A stretch of 62,908 nt of DNA, filler included, from Reclinomonas americana ATCC 50394 (taxonomy: Eukaryota): the NCBI GenBank assembly GCA_048213135.1. It is 9 parts of 8 records of this genome, joined end to end, with 100 filler letters (N's around TTAATTAATTAA, not from the genome) between each part and the next. Parts side by side here need not be neighbours in the genome. Positions count along the whole stretch, not along the records: positions 1 to 19,134 come from PS015948.1; 8 more parts are not named here. One strand, 5' to 3'. Position numbers and translations under genes: made by a program. The notes under the pieces were generated by a model that had not been told where the DNA came from, searched no databases, and saw only the letters and a list, made by a program, of their open reading frames with translations. How positions within the stretch are numbered: the stretch's first letter is position 1; each line of letters starts with the position of its first letter. Of the stretch, positions 1 through 12,588 are shown piece after piece.

Positions 1-127
1 TTGAACAGCTCGGCCAGCGTGGCCAGCACGAGGCGCGCCACGGCAATGGCCTTGGACTCCGAGCTGGGTGTCAGCACCTGTTTGCAGTGCAGGCCGGCGA
101 AAATGTCCAGCAGGTGGCGGTAGACGC
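1..127 (-). CDS. Exon fragment of an unknown helical protein (runs off the window start)
   Basis: GC-rich open frame after a TAG acceptor: VYRHLLDIFAGLHCKQVLTPSSESKAIAVARLVLATLAELF. It is separated from the rest of the window by a gap. Confidence 0.4.
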
Positions 128-470
128 CTAACCTGACGAAGAATTTGCGGCCGTGCTGCGAGGGGGGGAGAGAGGGGGAGAGGGGAGAGGGAAGTGGGGA
201 ANNNNNNNNNNNNNNNNNNNNNNNNNNNNNNNNNNNNNNNNNNNNNNNNNNNNNNNNNNNNNNNNNNNNNNNNNNNNNNNNNNNNNNNNNNNNNNNNNNN
301 NNNNNNNNNNNNNNNNNNNNNNNNNNNNNNNNNNNNNNNNNNNNNNNNNNNNNNNNNNNNNNNNNNNNNNNNNNNNNNNNNNNNNNNNNNNNNNNNNNNN
401 NNNNNNNNNNNNNNNNNNNNNNNNNNNNNNNNNNNNNNNNNNNNNNNNNNNNNNNNNNNNNNNNNNNNNN

Positions 471-3400
471 GGACTGGCCGAACCGCGACTCCTTCCTCGA
501 GTGCCCGCTGGCGCCCGTGCTGACCGCCGGCGACAGCGTGGCGGGCACGGGCCGCCTGCCGGCCGATCTGCTGGATCACCTGCTGTGCTGGAACGAGCTG
601 CCGACGGCGACGCGGAGTGAGTTGCGCGAGCTGGCCGCCCGCACCCTCGCCCAGTTTGTCGACTCCACCATGCCCACCGAGTACGGCGCGGAGGTGGTGC
701 GGCGCGACGGTGTGCTGTGTGTGGCGCGCGCACTGCGCATCGATCAGAGTCTCGGGTTGGGGGAGACGAAAGTGGCGGAGCACTACATGCATGTGCTGCG
801 CGGGTTGGCGAGGCACGATGAGGGGAGGCGGCAGGTGGCGGAGCAGAGGATTTTGATTGAGTTGGTGGCGGGGTATCTCGATGTGAGGAATACTCAGGCG
901 GTAAGTAAGGGGGGATTGGGGAAAGGGAGATGGGCGAGGTGATTTAGTGGTGTCGTTGTTTTTTGCTGTTGCTTGCTGTTCTGTGAGTTTGCCTTTGTGC
1001 CTTTGCGTGTGTGTGTTGGTCGTGTTGTATTGCGTTCTTGTCTGTTTGGTAGTGATCTTGTGCCTCTAGCAGTCTGTGCTGTTGTGATTCATGTGTGTGC
1101 AAGTGCGTTTGCGTGTGTGCGACTGTGTGTGTTGGTCGTGTTGCGTTGCTTTCTTGTCTGTTTGATGGTGATCTTGTGCCTCTAGCAGTCTGTGCTGTTG
1201 TGATTCATGTGTGCACAAGTGCGTTTGTGTGTGTGCGACTGTGCGTGTTGGTCGTGTCGTATTGCTTTCTTGTCTGTTTGATGGTGATCTTGTGCCTCTG
1301 GCAGTCTGTGCTATTGTGATTCATGTGTGCACAAGTGCGTTTGTGTGTGTGCGACTGTGTGTGTTGGTCGTGTGATCTTGTGCCTCTGGCAGTCTGCGCT
1401 GTTGTTGTGCATGTGTGCGCGATTGTGTTTGTGTTTGCAAGTGTGCATATCTTGTAAGAATGTGTGTGTGTGTTTGTGTGTGCATGTGTGTTTGTGTGTG
1501 CGTTTGTTTGAGCTTGTGGCTTCGTTTTCATTCAGTCTGTATTGATGTTAACGGTTTCTATCGTTTGTGTGGATTCTGTCACGCTTCCTTGTTTCGAGAG
1601 TTCTATTGCATTCTGTGCGCTTCTTGCATGGTTAGTTCGAGGTCTGTTGCTTCGGCTGTCTCTGTGTTGTCAGCTCGTCATTCTTTTCCCGACGTTTGCA
1701 GAGTGCGTCTCTCTCTATTTCACTGTAGAACTGTAATGTGTCTTCAGCTATCCTTTTGGTTCTGTTTTCATGGTTGCATTCGTTTCTCGACGAGAGCAGT
1801 TGTTCGCACCTCTCTTGCCTTCGCTTGCGGTGTGCAGTTGACTTTGATTCATTCACGTGTGTTGACTGTTCTACTGTTGTGGTGGGTTGAGTTGTTGAGT
1901 GTTGGTTGTGTGTGGCGTGCAGTCGTCTCTCGACTGGTGTAGTTGTGTGCCTTTCTATTTGCATTATCATGTGTGCACGTGCTTGTAGCGCATGTGTATT
2001 GCCTTTGCTCCTCTTGAGTGTTGTTCTTGCGATGATTGCGTTTTCCGTGTGCCGTCTGCGTGCAGTCGTGACTGTGCTATTTGTTGTACTGTTGTCTGTT
2101 GCTGCTTCGGCCGGGGTGTGTTCTTGCGTGGTTTCATTTTTTCTCGACGGGTGCAGTTGTGCTCGTCTCTCTTCATTGTCATGTGTGCAGTCGTGCTTGC
2201 ATCCGTGTTGCTCCCACTGGGTGTTATTCTTGCATGGCTTCCATTCTTTGCTTCAAGTGTGCATTAGTGCGCGTCTCTTTCCTTCCTTCGTCGTGTATCT
2301 GCAGTCGTCCTTGTGATTCAGTTTGTGCCTATCACGCGTGTGTTGTCTGTTGTACTATTGTGGCGGCCTCTGCAGTGATCTTGCATGGCTTTCATTCGCT
2401 TCTCGTCGTGCAGTCGCACTCTTCCTTCAGCTTACCCCGCATCCCTTTTGCCTTATAAATCCCTTTCCCTCCGCAGACCAGGGAGCTCGCCGCCGAGACC
2501 ATCTGCACCTGCGCCCCCGCTTACTCAGCCGACGCTCTCCCCGAACCCGGCTCACCCGACGAATCCGTGTACTCGCGCAGCGTGTGCCTGCTGCTGGAGG
2601 CGGCGGCGCGCGGACAGCGCGAAAAGGCGCGCTCGCTGTCGGCTCTCGTCGAGTCCATGTCGGTGATGCAGATGATTTGCCGCACGGTGCCGCGGGACGA
2701 CATGGCGAACATGATTGAGGCGTTGATTGCGAGTGCGTGGTTTCACAATCATTTCGAGAGTGTGCGCATTTTGGCTTCCATGTGTGAGCATCCCGTGCTG
2801 GCGGCCCTGGTGATTGAACTGGGAGGTGGGTGGAGGGGGAGGGAGAAGGGGGAGAAAGGGAAAGGGGGAGAAAAGGGGAAGGGAGAGAAAGGGGAAAGGG
2901 GGAGAAAGGGGGAAGGAGAGAAAGGAGAAGGGAGGAGAGGAGGAAAGGGGAGTGAGAGAGAAGGCGTGAGACGATGGCATTATGTGAGAGGCAGAAAAGG
3001 AAGAGAAAGAGAGAGAGTGTCTCTCCTTGCCGTCGATGATGCGCGACGTTTATGAGAGGCAAGAGTTAGAGTTTGAAAGGAAGAGAGAAAGAGAGGGATC
3101 TAGGAGAAGATAATAGATGGAGATTGAAGGAGAGAGTACAGAGATAGAGGGTGAGAAGATAAACGATGGAGAGCGAAAAAAGTGTGTGATTGAGTGAAAA
3201 GAAGTGAGAGAACATGAGGTATGACGAAAGGATAAGAGATGGAGAAAGTGAGTGCGAATAAGAGATGGGAAACGGGAGCATGAATACTGTAGACAGAGAG
3301 AGACTCACACAATAAATGGAGAGCGGCAGAGCAAAGATGAGAGGTGGAGAAAGAGCGTATAGGTGAGAGTGAGGGAATAAGAAGAAGGAAGAGACGAGTG

Positions 3401-6400
3401 AGAAAGCAACGCGAAGAAGAGGCTGAGCTGGGTAAAGAGGGAACGTGAATGAAAGTGGGTTCGTTGAGAAGGAGAAGGAGTGTAAGAGGTGGAGAAAATG
3501 AGAGAGTAAACGATGGCACAGAGACGAAAGAGCAGTGAAGACGACGATAGTGATGCGAGGCAGCCAGTGACGAAGAGTCTTTGTTTGGAAAAGAGCGGAC
3601 ACGCGCTGCACTTGCTATCCGCTTACTTTCTCCTTGCTGGGCGTTGACTGTGATTCTCTTTCTCCTTCCTGTCGGCAAATTTCCTGTTTTCTTTCGCTTT
3701 CTCACTTTCCAATTCTTCTCTCTCACACGACCTTCTCCATTTCGCAGGCTTCGACATGTTCATGGACAAGCTGATCACCGCTCCCACACGATCACTCATG
3801 TGGAACGTGATGGACACGGGCATGGAGCTGCTGTCGCGCAATGTGGTGCGCGAGGAGGCGCTGCAGCTGTTGCTGATCAACAAGGCGGCGTTGATGCCGC
3901 TGGTGCGGGTGATGAAGTTGCGAAGGAGGGAGGAAGGGAAAGAGGGGGGAGAGAGAAAAGAGAGGAGAGAGAGACTGCAATGGATTGAGTGCAAGAGAGA
4001 GAGAGGAGAGAAGGTGGCCGCATATGCTGAGTTTGTGCGAGAATGAGAGTGAGCGACTGCAATAAGGTGAGTGAGAGAGACTGCATCTGAATGAGAGAAA
4101 GAGAAAATGCGACAAAGAGAGTGAGAGAGACAACGACAAGGAGAGTGAGAGAGTGACTGCAACAAAGAGAGTGAGAGAGCGACTGCAACAAACTGAGAGA
4201 GAGAGAGACTGTAACAAGGAGAGCGAGTGAGACTGTAACAAGGAGAGTGAGTGAGAGACTGCAACAAAGAGAGAGCGCGACTGGAACAAACTGAGTGAGA
4301 GAGCGACTGCAGCAAAGTGAGAGGGAGGCTGCAGTGAAGTCAGTGAGAGAGCGACTGCAACAAAGTGAGCGAGAGAGACTGCAGTATGGTGAGTGAGGCC
4401 GACCTCAACACACTGCATGAACGAGACTGCAGTAATGTGAGTGAGAGAGATGCGTCAGCAAACTGAGTGAACGAGACTGCAGTAATGTGAGTGAGAGAGC
4501 TATTGCAGCAAAGTGAGTGACAGAGAGACTGAGAGAGAGAGAGCGCGACTGCCACTATCTGAGTGAGAGAGCGACTTCAACAAACTGCGTGAGAGAGACT
4601 GTCGCAAAGTGAATGAGTGAGACTGCAGCAAAATGAGTGAGAGAGACTGCAGCAATGTGAGTGAGAGCTACTGCAACAAAGTGAGTGAGAGAGTGACTGC
4701 AACAAAGAGAATGAGAGATTGCAGCAAAGTGAGTGAGAGATTGCAGCAAAGTGAGTGAGAGCGACTGCAACAAAGAGAGTGAGAGAGACTGCAACAAAGA
4801 GAACGAAATGGACCGCAAAAAATTGAGTGAGAGAGATACGACAATAAGCTGAGTGACAGAGAGAGAGTGCAAGAAACTGATGTGGCAGAGAGAGTGCAAG
4901 AAACTGAGCGCGAGGGAAGGCTTAAATGTAGAGAAAAGAAAGCACAAGCGACTGAAAAGACAACGCGATCTCACTCTCTTCTCCCAATCTCCCCCCTCAC
5001 CCCCTTCCCCCTTTACCCCCCTCTGCGCAGCTGCGGCGACAGCACCCGCGCACTTGCCGCCTACCACGTGGCCGGCGGCCTCCTCCCATCGCTCCTCCCA
5101 CACATGACCGTGCACGACCTGCGCGAGTTCCACCCGCTCCAGCTCGTCGGCCCACTGCTGGCCTTTGTCGGGCAGAAGATCAACATGACGCAGGAGAGCA
5201 TGGCGCGTGAGACGTCGGTGACGAGTCCCGTGTGGATGATTCGGTGCGCTGTCGTCAAAGAGATTCTTGTCTCTTGCACCATCCCTCACCTATTCACGCC
5301 AGCACCGGTGAGCGCTCCCCTGCGGGCGTCAAGGAGATCCAGCAGGCCGTCGACACGGCGCCAGTGTCGAGCAAGAGTGTGTGTCTGGCGTTGCATGCGC
5401 TCCTCGCTTGTTGCAAGCATGGTGAGCGAGGTTGAGATGAGTTTTCTGTGTGTGGATCGCTCACTGAGGTGGCGGTGGTAGATTTTTTGCACAAGGTGCT
5501 CATTACGCAAGAGGCGCTGACGGCGTTTATTGATCACTTGTGCGGTGCGCATGGCGAGGAGGAGCTGCTGTGTTTGGCGTGTCTGAAGGAGTTGGTGGTG
5601 CGAAGTGGTGAGTTGAGACGGGAAAGGGGATAGGGAACGACGAACGGGGGAAGGGGAAGGGGAAGATGGAGGAGGAAAGCTACAGAAGAAGGAGAAGGGA
5701 GAGGTCAACAAAGGAGGAGAGAGAAAGAGGAGGTGGAGACGGAGGAGAAGGAGAAGAAGGAGGAGCAGCAAAAGGAGAAGCAGCAGGAAGAGAAGGGAGA
5801 CGTCAACAGAGGAAAATAGAAGAAGGAAAAAGTAGAGGTGGAGGAGTAGAAGCCGGAGGAGAAGTGAGAGGTCATCGAAGGAGAATAGGGAAAGGTGGAA
5901 TGAGAATTAGTACGACGAGCGAAGAAAAGTGGAGGAAGATGAAGAAAAAAGAAGACTAGGCAAGAGGATACGTCAAAAAGGCGCCGAGACGCGTGTGCGT
6001 TTGTTACCACTTTTCGTTTGCATTACACGCCTCGCACACGCCCACCTGTCGGGCGTTCGCTTGGCCTGAGATCCTTGGCCCGGCACCCTTTAGAAGAAAT
6101 AGGAGGAAGATGTGGAGGAGGAGGACGATGCGTCTGACTGAGAGAGGGACTCGTGTGCCTTGGTTGCTGTTCCTGCATGAAGCAGTCTTCGACCTCTTTT
6201 TGATCTCTTTTCCTGGTACTTCCTTTCACTGCCCTATGCAGAAGAAGAAGCAGGAGGAAGAGGAAGAGAGGCAGCAGGTCTGGTGGAAAGGAAAAGTGAG
6301 ACGTGTCTGCAAAGGCTACTGTACCAGCTAACGATTCGCCCTCCGTATAATTCTTATGTCCTCACCTCTTGTCATTCACTCGATTTTGACCCTTGTCCTT

Positions 6401-6699
6401 CCTCTCGATCGCCCTTGTCCTCTCTCTCTCCCTTACCCCTTCTGTCTCTCACAGACGCCGCTCTGACCTTTGTCGTCACCGACACCACCATGCCACTGTT
6501 GCTCACCTCGTTCCGTTCCTGCCATCCGTCGGCACTGGAATCGCTCTTTCCGATATTCTCGCTTATGGTGGCCAACGAGGACTACAAGTCGGTGTTTGTG
6601 CGGCACAATGGTGTGGCGCTGGTGCATGCGATGGCTGACCGGGGGCCGGAGGAGTACAGGAGGGTGGCGTCGAAGTTGTTGCATCAGTTGGTGAAGTGA
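471..6699 (+). CDS. Multi-exon ARM/HEAT-repeat-like helical protein, 5' end in a gap
   Basis: GC-rich coding islands at about 471-900 (GTAAGT donor at 901), 2477-2825, 3748-3910, 5031-5243, 5300-5608 and 6455-6699 (stop), flanked by polypyrimidine-CAG acceptors. The translations are amphipathic helical repeats (e.g. LRELAARTLAQF...VVRRDGVLCVARAL; FVRHNGVALVHAM). Some exon borders are approximate. Confidence 0.6.
1005..1410. repeat. Intronic tandem repeat, about 118-bp unit, about 3.5 copies
   Basis: The core gtgatcttgtgcctct(a/g)gcagtctgtgct...ttcatgtgtg recurs at regular spacing. Confidence 0.8.
4040..4900. repeat. Intronic degenerate minisatellite (gagagactgca(a/g)caaa-type unit)
   Basis: Many imperfect copies of gactgcaacaaa/gtgagtgagaga. 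Confidence 0.75.
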
Positions 6700-7311
6700 A
6701 TGTGGAAGAGGATGGGGGAAGGGGGAAAAGGAAGGGAAAGAGAGTGGAATGGGCAGAGAGAGGGGCGGGAGAGAGAAAGAGCTGCAGGAAGGAAGGAAGT
6801 AGATACGCCAACTTGCAGGAAGGTCGAGAAAACTTGGAGAGAAGAGAGTTGCGCAGGAGACAACTGCATCAGGGTGATAATTTGTATGCTGTGATGCGAC
6901 AATGCAGACGTTCCTGTTCTGCTACTGAGAGTTCTCTCGAAAAGAGACATGCAAATGTGTCGACCCCGTCGTCGTCACACTTGCAACTGTAACCGAATGC
7001 GCAGCCAGTGATAACAGCAGCCAGCCGTCGAAGTATATTCAAAACGGCAGGCTGCAAGATATACTCTCTCTCTCTCACTTTCCTTCTCTCTTCGCTCTCT
7101 TCCTCATTCCTCTCCAAATGCACCTCCTCTTTCGTCGCCCACTTTAAATTTGTACAAGATCAAGGCAAGTGCATCTGGGGTTTATTGATGCCAAACTCAC
7201 AAGTATTGAGAGGTTCACACCAAACAGCAAACAGCTGCACGATGATCTCCATCGTGTCAATCAGTAACACTCGCGTCGTCGACTTCATTGCCAGCAGAGC
7301 TCCAATCATCG

Positions 7312-10300
7312 TCATCGACCTGAGACTCTTTCTTCCTCCTCTTCCTCTTCGTCGCCCACGTCGGTCACTTCCTGTTGGCTGACGCCACCCACAGCATCAA
7401 GCGCGTTGGAGAAATCGGGCAAGACGCTGCCGATGATGCGTTCCACAAGCCCACGAGCGTTTCGACGCATCAGTTGGATCGCCCGGCCAGACACACGGGC
7501 GGTGCACGCAGAACCGAATGCCATGCAGCGAAGAAAAGTCACACAATCCGCTGTAGGTGTCACTAGATCTGCCTGCTCATCAAGAGGCACTTCTTCACCA
7601 GTCGACAGTGACCACACTCGAACTTCTCCGTGACCACTGACGCTCACGATGTACTGACCATCGGGAGTGACATCGACAGCCCCCACCCCGCCCGTGAGTC
7701 CCTCCAGTCGTAGCAGTTGCTCTCCACTCGCCAGTGACCACACTCGTACTGTATTGTCCCCACTCCCACTTACGACGTGCAGACCATCGGGAGTGACGGC
7801 GACAGACTCTACACTGCCTGTGTGTCCCTTCAGTCGGCGCACCCCCTCGCCGCTAGCCAGTGACCACACTCGCACTGAGTCGTCCAGACTACCGCTAACG
7901 ATGTGCTGACCATCAGGAGTGACGACGGCAGAGTTCACCCAGTAAGCATGTCCCCGCAGCAGCCGCACTTCTTGTCCACTCACCAATGACCACACGCGCA
8001 CCGTCCCGTCCCCAAAGCCACCGCCACTTACAATCTGCTGCCCATCAGGACTGACAACGACACACATAACACCACTCGTGTGACCTTCCACGGCGCAACT
8101 CTTCTCCACTCGCCAATGACCACACTCGCACTGTCTTGTCACTCCCTCCGCTCACAATGTATTGACCATTGGTAGTGACGGCGACACACGTTACACAATC
8201 ATTGTGCCCCTCAAATCGACGCACTTCTTCTCCACGATCCAAAGACCACACCAGAATAGACCCATTCTCACCACCACTCACAGCGAATTGACCAACTGGA
8301 GAAACAGTAAATGCGGAGGACTGTCCTGCCACCTGCCACAGTTCCTCGCCTGTTGACACAGACCACATCCTCACCGTCCCGTCATCACCGGCACTCACAG
8401 CATGCTGACAATCGTGGGTGAGCACAACTGAATGCACCAATCCGGTGTGCCCACCCAACCGACGTACTTCTTCATCACCTTTCACAGGCCACATTCGTAC
8501 TGTCATATCTCCACTCCCACTCACGACATACTGACTATCAGGAGTAACTGTAACTGAACGCAGTTGACCAGTGTGTCCCTCCAACCGTCGCACCTCTACG
8601 CCACTCGCCAGTGACCAAACCCGCACAGTCGAGTCCCCACTCCCGCTAACGACGTGCTGTCCATCGGGAGTGACGGTAACTGTCGACACTGCATCGGTGT
8701 GTACCTCGAACCGTTGCATTTCATCCCCATTCGCCAGTGACCACACTCGCACAGTCTTATCATCACTCCCACTAACAAGAAGCTGGCCATCCGGAGTGAC
8801 AGCGATGGAATTCACCCCACCTGTGTGGCCTTCCAGTCGGCGCACCTGCTCGCCACTTGCCACTGACCACACCCGTACAGTCGTGTCATCACTGCCACTC
8901 ACAATGTGCTGGCCATCGGGCGTAATTGCCACTGCATTCACCCAATCCGTGTGACCTTCCAGTCGCCGCACCTCCTCGCCACTTGCAAACGACCACATCC
9001 GTATAGTTTTGTCCTCACTGCCACTCACAATGTGCTGACCATCGGGTGTCACTGCCACTGCAGAAACCCGATTTGAGTGGCCTTCCAGTCGGCGCACCTC
9101 CTCACCACTTGCCAGCGACCACACCAGCACAGTCTCGTCAAGACTGCCACTCACAATGTGCTGGCCATCGGGTGTCACTGCCACTGCATACACCCAACCA
9201 GTGTGACCTTCCAGTCGCAGTTCCTCCTCTCCACTTGTCACACACCACACCCTTACAGTGCAGTCATCACTTCCACTAACAATGTGCTTACAGTCGGGAG
9301 TGACGGCGACAGCTCTCACCCAGTCAGTGTGCCCCGCCAACGGCTTCCTCGGCCACTGCACATCCGTCACATTCGCCCCCCTGAAATCCGCCTCCCTCGC
9401 ATACGCCATGCACACATTAACCTCTCGCATATCCGCCCCCCTCCACACCGTCCTGTGCATCACCGCATCCCTCAAATCCGCACCCCTCACTCGCACACCT
9501 GACAGGTCTCGTCCACTGAACGACGCTTGCGCCACACACAGCACCGTTGCTGCATTCGCGGCTGCCGTCACCAGTCGCTCCTCATCCATCTCTCGTGACA
9601 ACGCAATCACCTCCCACAATCTCGCTTGCAGTCGAGGAGACCGTCGAACCACCTCGGCCATCTGCTCCACCAACGATGGTCTGTCGTTCAGCAATCGCAC
9701 TGCCAGCACATGCTGCTGCACATCCAGCACCGTCATCTTCCTCCCCTCATCCCACGTCTCCCACGCAAACACATGCCGCGCTACACAGTGCTCCAGCAAC
9801 GACAGATGCACGAATCCCCACTGCGTCGTCCCATATCGTCGCACAATTGGACAGCACATTCGCACATGCTGGTTCTTGTTGCCGAGAAACTTGTCAAGTG
9901 GCCCCTCCTCCACTCGTCGCACGGCGAGTGGCGCACCACCAAAGTCATCCTCCTCTTCCTCTCCGCCATCACCTGACCGAGACTCCATCACAGACACACG
10001 CACCAAGTTCCTCTCATGCATCAACCGTGCCAGTCCCTCGCAGAATGCGAGACACGTTTCCTCACCCGGCACACGCTCCGCACCAAGACGCGTCTGCTTC
10101 TCCTGCTCCCTCACAATCCACTGTCGAATGAATCGATCAAACACATCGCACCGAGTTGGTCGCTGTACTCCACTTGCCACCAACTGCGGCAACACACGAG
10201 CAACAACTGAGAGCATGAACGGATTCGACACCAGTACATCCAGTCCATGTATACTCTTCAGTGCACGAATGTACTCGTCTGCAGTCGACCATCGCACTTC

Positions 10301-12175
10301 ACCGTCATCATCACCACCACCAAATTGCACCAGTCGCTCAAAGTACTCCTCAATCTGCTCCTTGCTGAACGGTGCAATGTGTCGCTCCATCAGCTGCTGC
10401 ATGCACAACTGTCCTCGTACATCTACCGGTGCAAAGTACTGTCGATACTGCGTCACACCACCCAGTGCCGTCAGTGCGTAATCACCTCGGCAGGTGATAA
10501 TCACCTTCACATCGCGACACACATCTAACTGGTTCTTGACAAACAGATTCACACCACGGTACAACTCATCGTACCCGTCAAGCAACACCAGCAGTGGTTC
10601 CTCCTTCAGTCGTCGCACATCCGACTCACTGAATCCCAACTCGGGCGACAGGCGCTCCAATGCCTCCTGCACCAGTCGCTCATCAGCATTGCGCAAAGCT
10701 CCAAGAGGCACACGCACAGGCACTCGTCGACGTCTGCTTGCTCTCGTCTGCCACTGTCGCCACGCTCGCTCAGCCAGCACCGACATGGTGGTGGTCTTGC
10801 CTGCTCCGCTGTTGCCAAAGAGCACCAGAACACGCTGGGTTGTGTTGGTGTCCGAGAGGAAAACATCCAACTCCGTAAGCAGATCAGTCACCTTGTCGCT
10901 TGACGAGACGTCACGCTCACGTGAGCACAGCAGTGGCACATACATCTGCATGTCCTTGTGCACACTCTCGTCGTGCTGGTAGAAGGAGAGCTCACGTACA
11001 GCCAGTCGATGCAGTCGCTCTTCATAGGTGCTGATGATGTGCTGAACGTGACGCGCCTCACGAATCCGCGCCGCAAAACCATCAATCACGTCGCCAGGAA
11101 GCTGCAACTTGCCGAGGAGAGAGAGGAACGTGCCGCAATCACCGAGATACTCATGAACGCTGGCCGCTGTCAATGCCGACGAACCGTGCGCCAACTCGTT
11201 CCGCACTTCCCGCAACTGCTCCAGCGCCTTGCGCTCATCAGCATCGTCCATCACCAGCGCCTTGCGACCGTCGACAGGCACAAAACCGCCGAACAGCAAG
11301 ATGGAAGCCAAGGCCGTCACGTCAAAGGCGTTACACGAGGGAACGGAGGTGGGGTCGGCATCAAAGGCAGACTTCCATTCGACCATGTGCCGCTGCTGCG
11401 GCGCAAACAACTTGACTCGACCAGGGGCGAGTGGTGCATGTTGATCGTACCACTCCCTGATCGTCAACGGATGCCAGAACAACGGTGGTGTCCAGAGATC
11501 GGGAGTCCACGCCCGCACATCAAAGTCGAGATGATCGCGACTGAACTGTGCCAGTGCGCGTTGACAGCGCAGACGCACGGCCTCCTCCACCACCTCAAAG
11601 GCCATGTTGATGCGCTGTGAGTTGATCATGCTGTGCGTGCATACAGAAACACAGTCAGTACAGACTCGCTTCGAGTGAAGAAAAAGGAAAGGGAGAGAAG
11701 AATGACGAGGGCAGGCAAACAAACCGAGTCACTCGCTCCGAGTTGCTGTGCGGAGACATGGAGTGAGATGTATGTTGCACAGAGAGATAATTCACAGACA
11801 CATCCAGGCACACACACCTTCCGCCCTCACTCCCTCCACTCGACTGCAGCGCCACGCCAAGTGTCAGACGGACGACGAGATGAGTGGATGAGTTGATTCC
11901 TAGAATGCGCAGCGGAATGCCACCACCCTCCTCGATATCGAATGCGCTCGGCTTCTCCACTCCCACAATCTCCATCGCCTCATCTCCACTCTTCTTACGC
12001 AGCAAGCGTGTGGCCTCGCGCAGCAAGTCCGCGAGAGTGGACATGCCCGACATGCCCTCCACCACCACCGACAGCGATGAATCATGCGCCGCACTCACGG
12101 TCACAGAGAACTGCGAGAGGAGGACAGTGAGCACACTGATGGAGGGAGAGAAGTCACCCAAACACACACCGACAT
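7312..12175 (-). CDS. NLR-like STAND protein copy 1: Ubl - HEPN - NACHT - pentapeptide - 14xWD40; frameshifted near 8090 (possible pseudogene)
   Basis: Predicted exons 12175-12170 (ATG TCG), 12110-11818 (Ubl), 11745-11725 (21 nt) and 11630 onward; all introns are GT-AG and phase-consistent. HEPN motif RNELAH at 11203-11186, Walker A GNSGAGKTT, Walker B LLVLLDGYDE, NPFML and FVHLSLLEH motifs, pentapeptide stretch GADLRDAVMH...ADFRGANV, and GH..W WD40 repeats. A 2-nt deletion relative to copy 3 at 8090/8091 shifts repeats 11-14 into the 7312..8142 frame. Confidence 0.85.
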
Positions 12176-12290
12176 TGTGTGCGCTGCGTGTTTCTATTCT
12201 CAGTTGCGTTTCTCACAAATTCCTGTCAATGAAGTTGTCGCAAAGCTGGTGGGTTTCTTCTGACAGCAATCCTTGCAAGCCCAACCAAGT
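12176..12290 (-). promoter_or_regulatory. Conserved upstream segment shared with NLR copy 2 (19670-19773)
   Basis: Reverse complement ...aagaaacccaccagctttgcgacaacttcattgacaggaattt...gcacacaATG aligns with ...aagaaacccaccagcattgtgacaacttgattgacgggaattt...gcacaATG. Confidence 0.5.
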
Positions 12291-12588
12291 CGGGATGAGG
12301 GGAGCATGTACAGGAGTGTCATACCCCCTTGCAACTTGCACGTGCGATCATCTGCATTCAACATGAGAAAGTCGACGTCGTTTCTGTCTGCCCAGCACTC
12401 GTACCGCGTACGGTATACGTTCCCCCCTCTTCTTTAATAGTGACCAAGTCCACCAACATAATACTTCCTGATCATTCATTAGTAGGTTCACTTGTTGATA
12501 GTGTTTTTAGACTCTCCCTGCGCGGCCGCGTTCGATCGATCCCTTGGCCGTGGTCAGCAGCAGGTGGTGATGTCCCACATCTGGCACG

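Noticed and set aside
9258..10481. Long antisense ORFs over the NACHT genes (also 48455..49387, 22396..22977)
   Set aside because: Shadow frames of GC-rich coding sequence; their conservation is explained by the sense gene.
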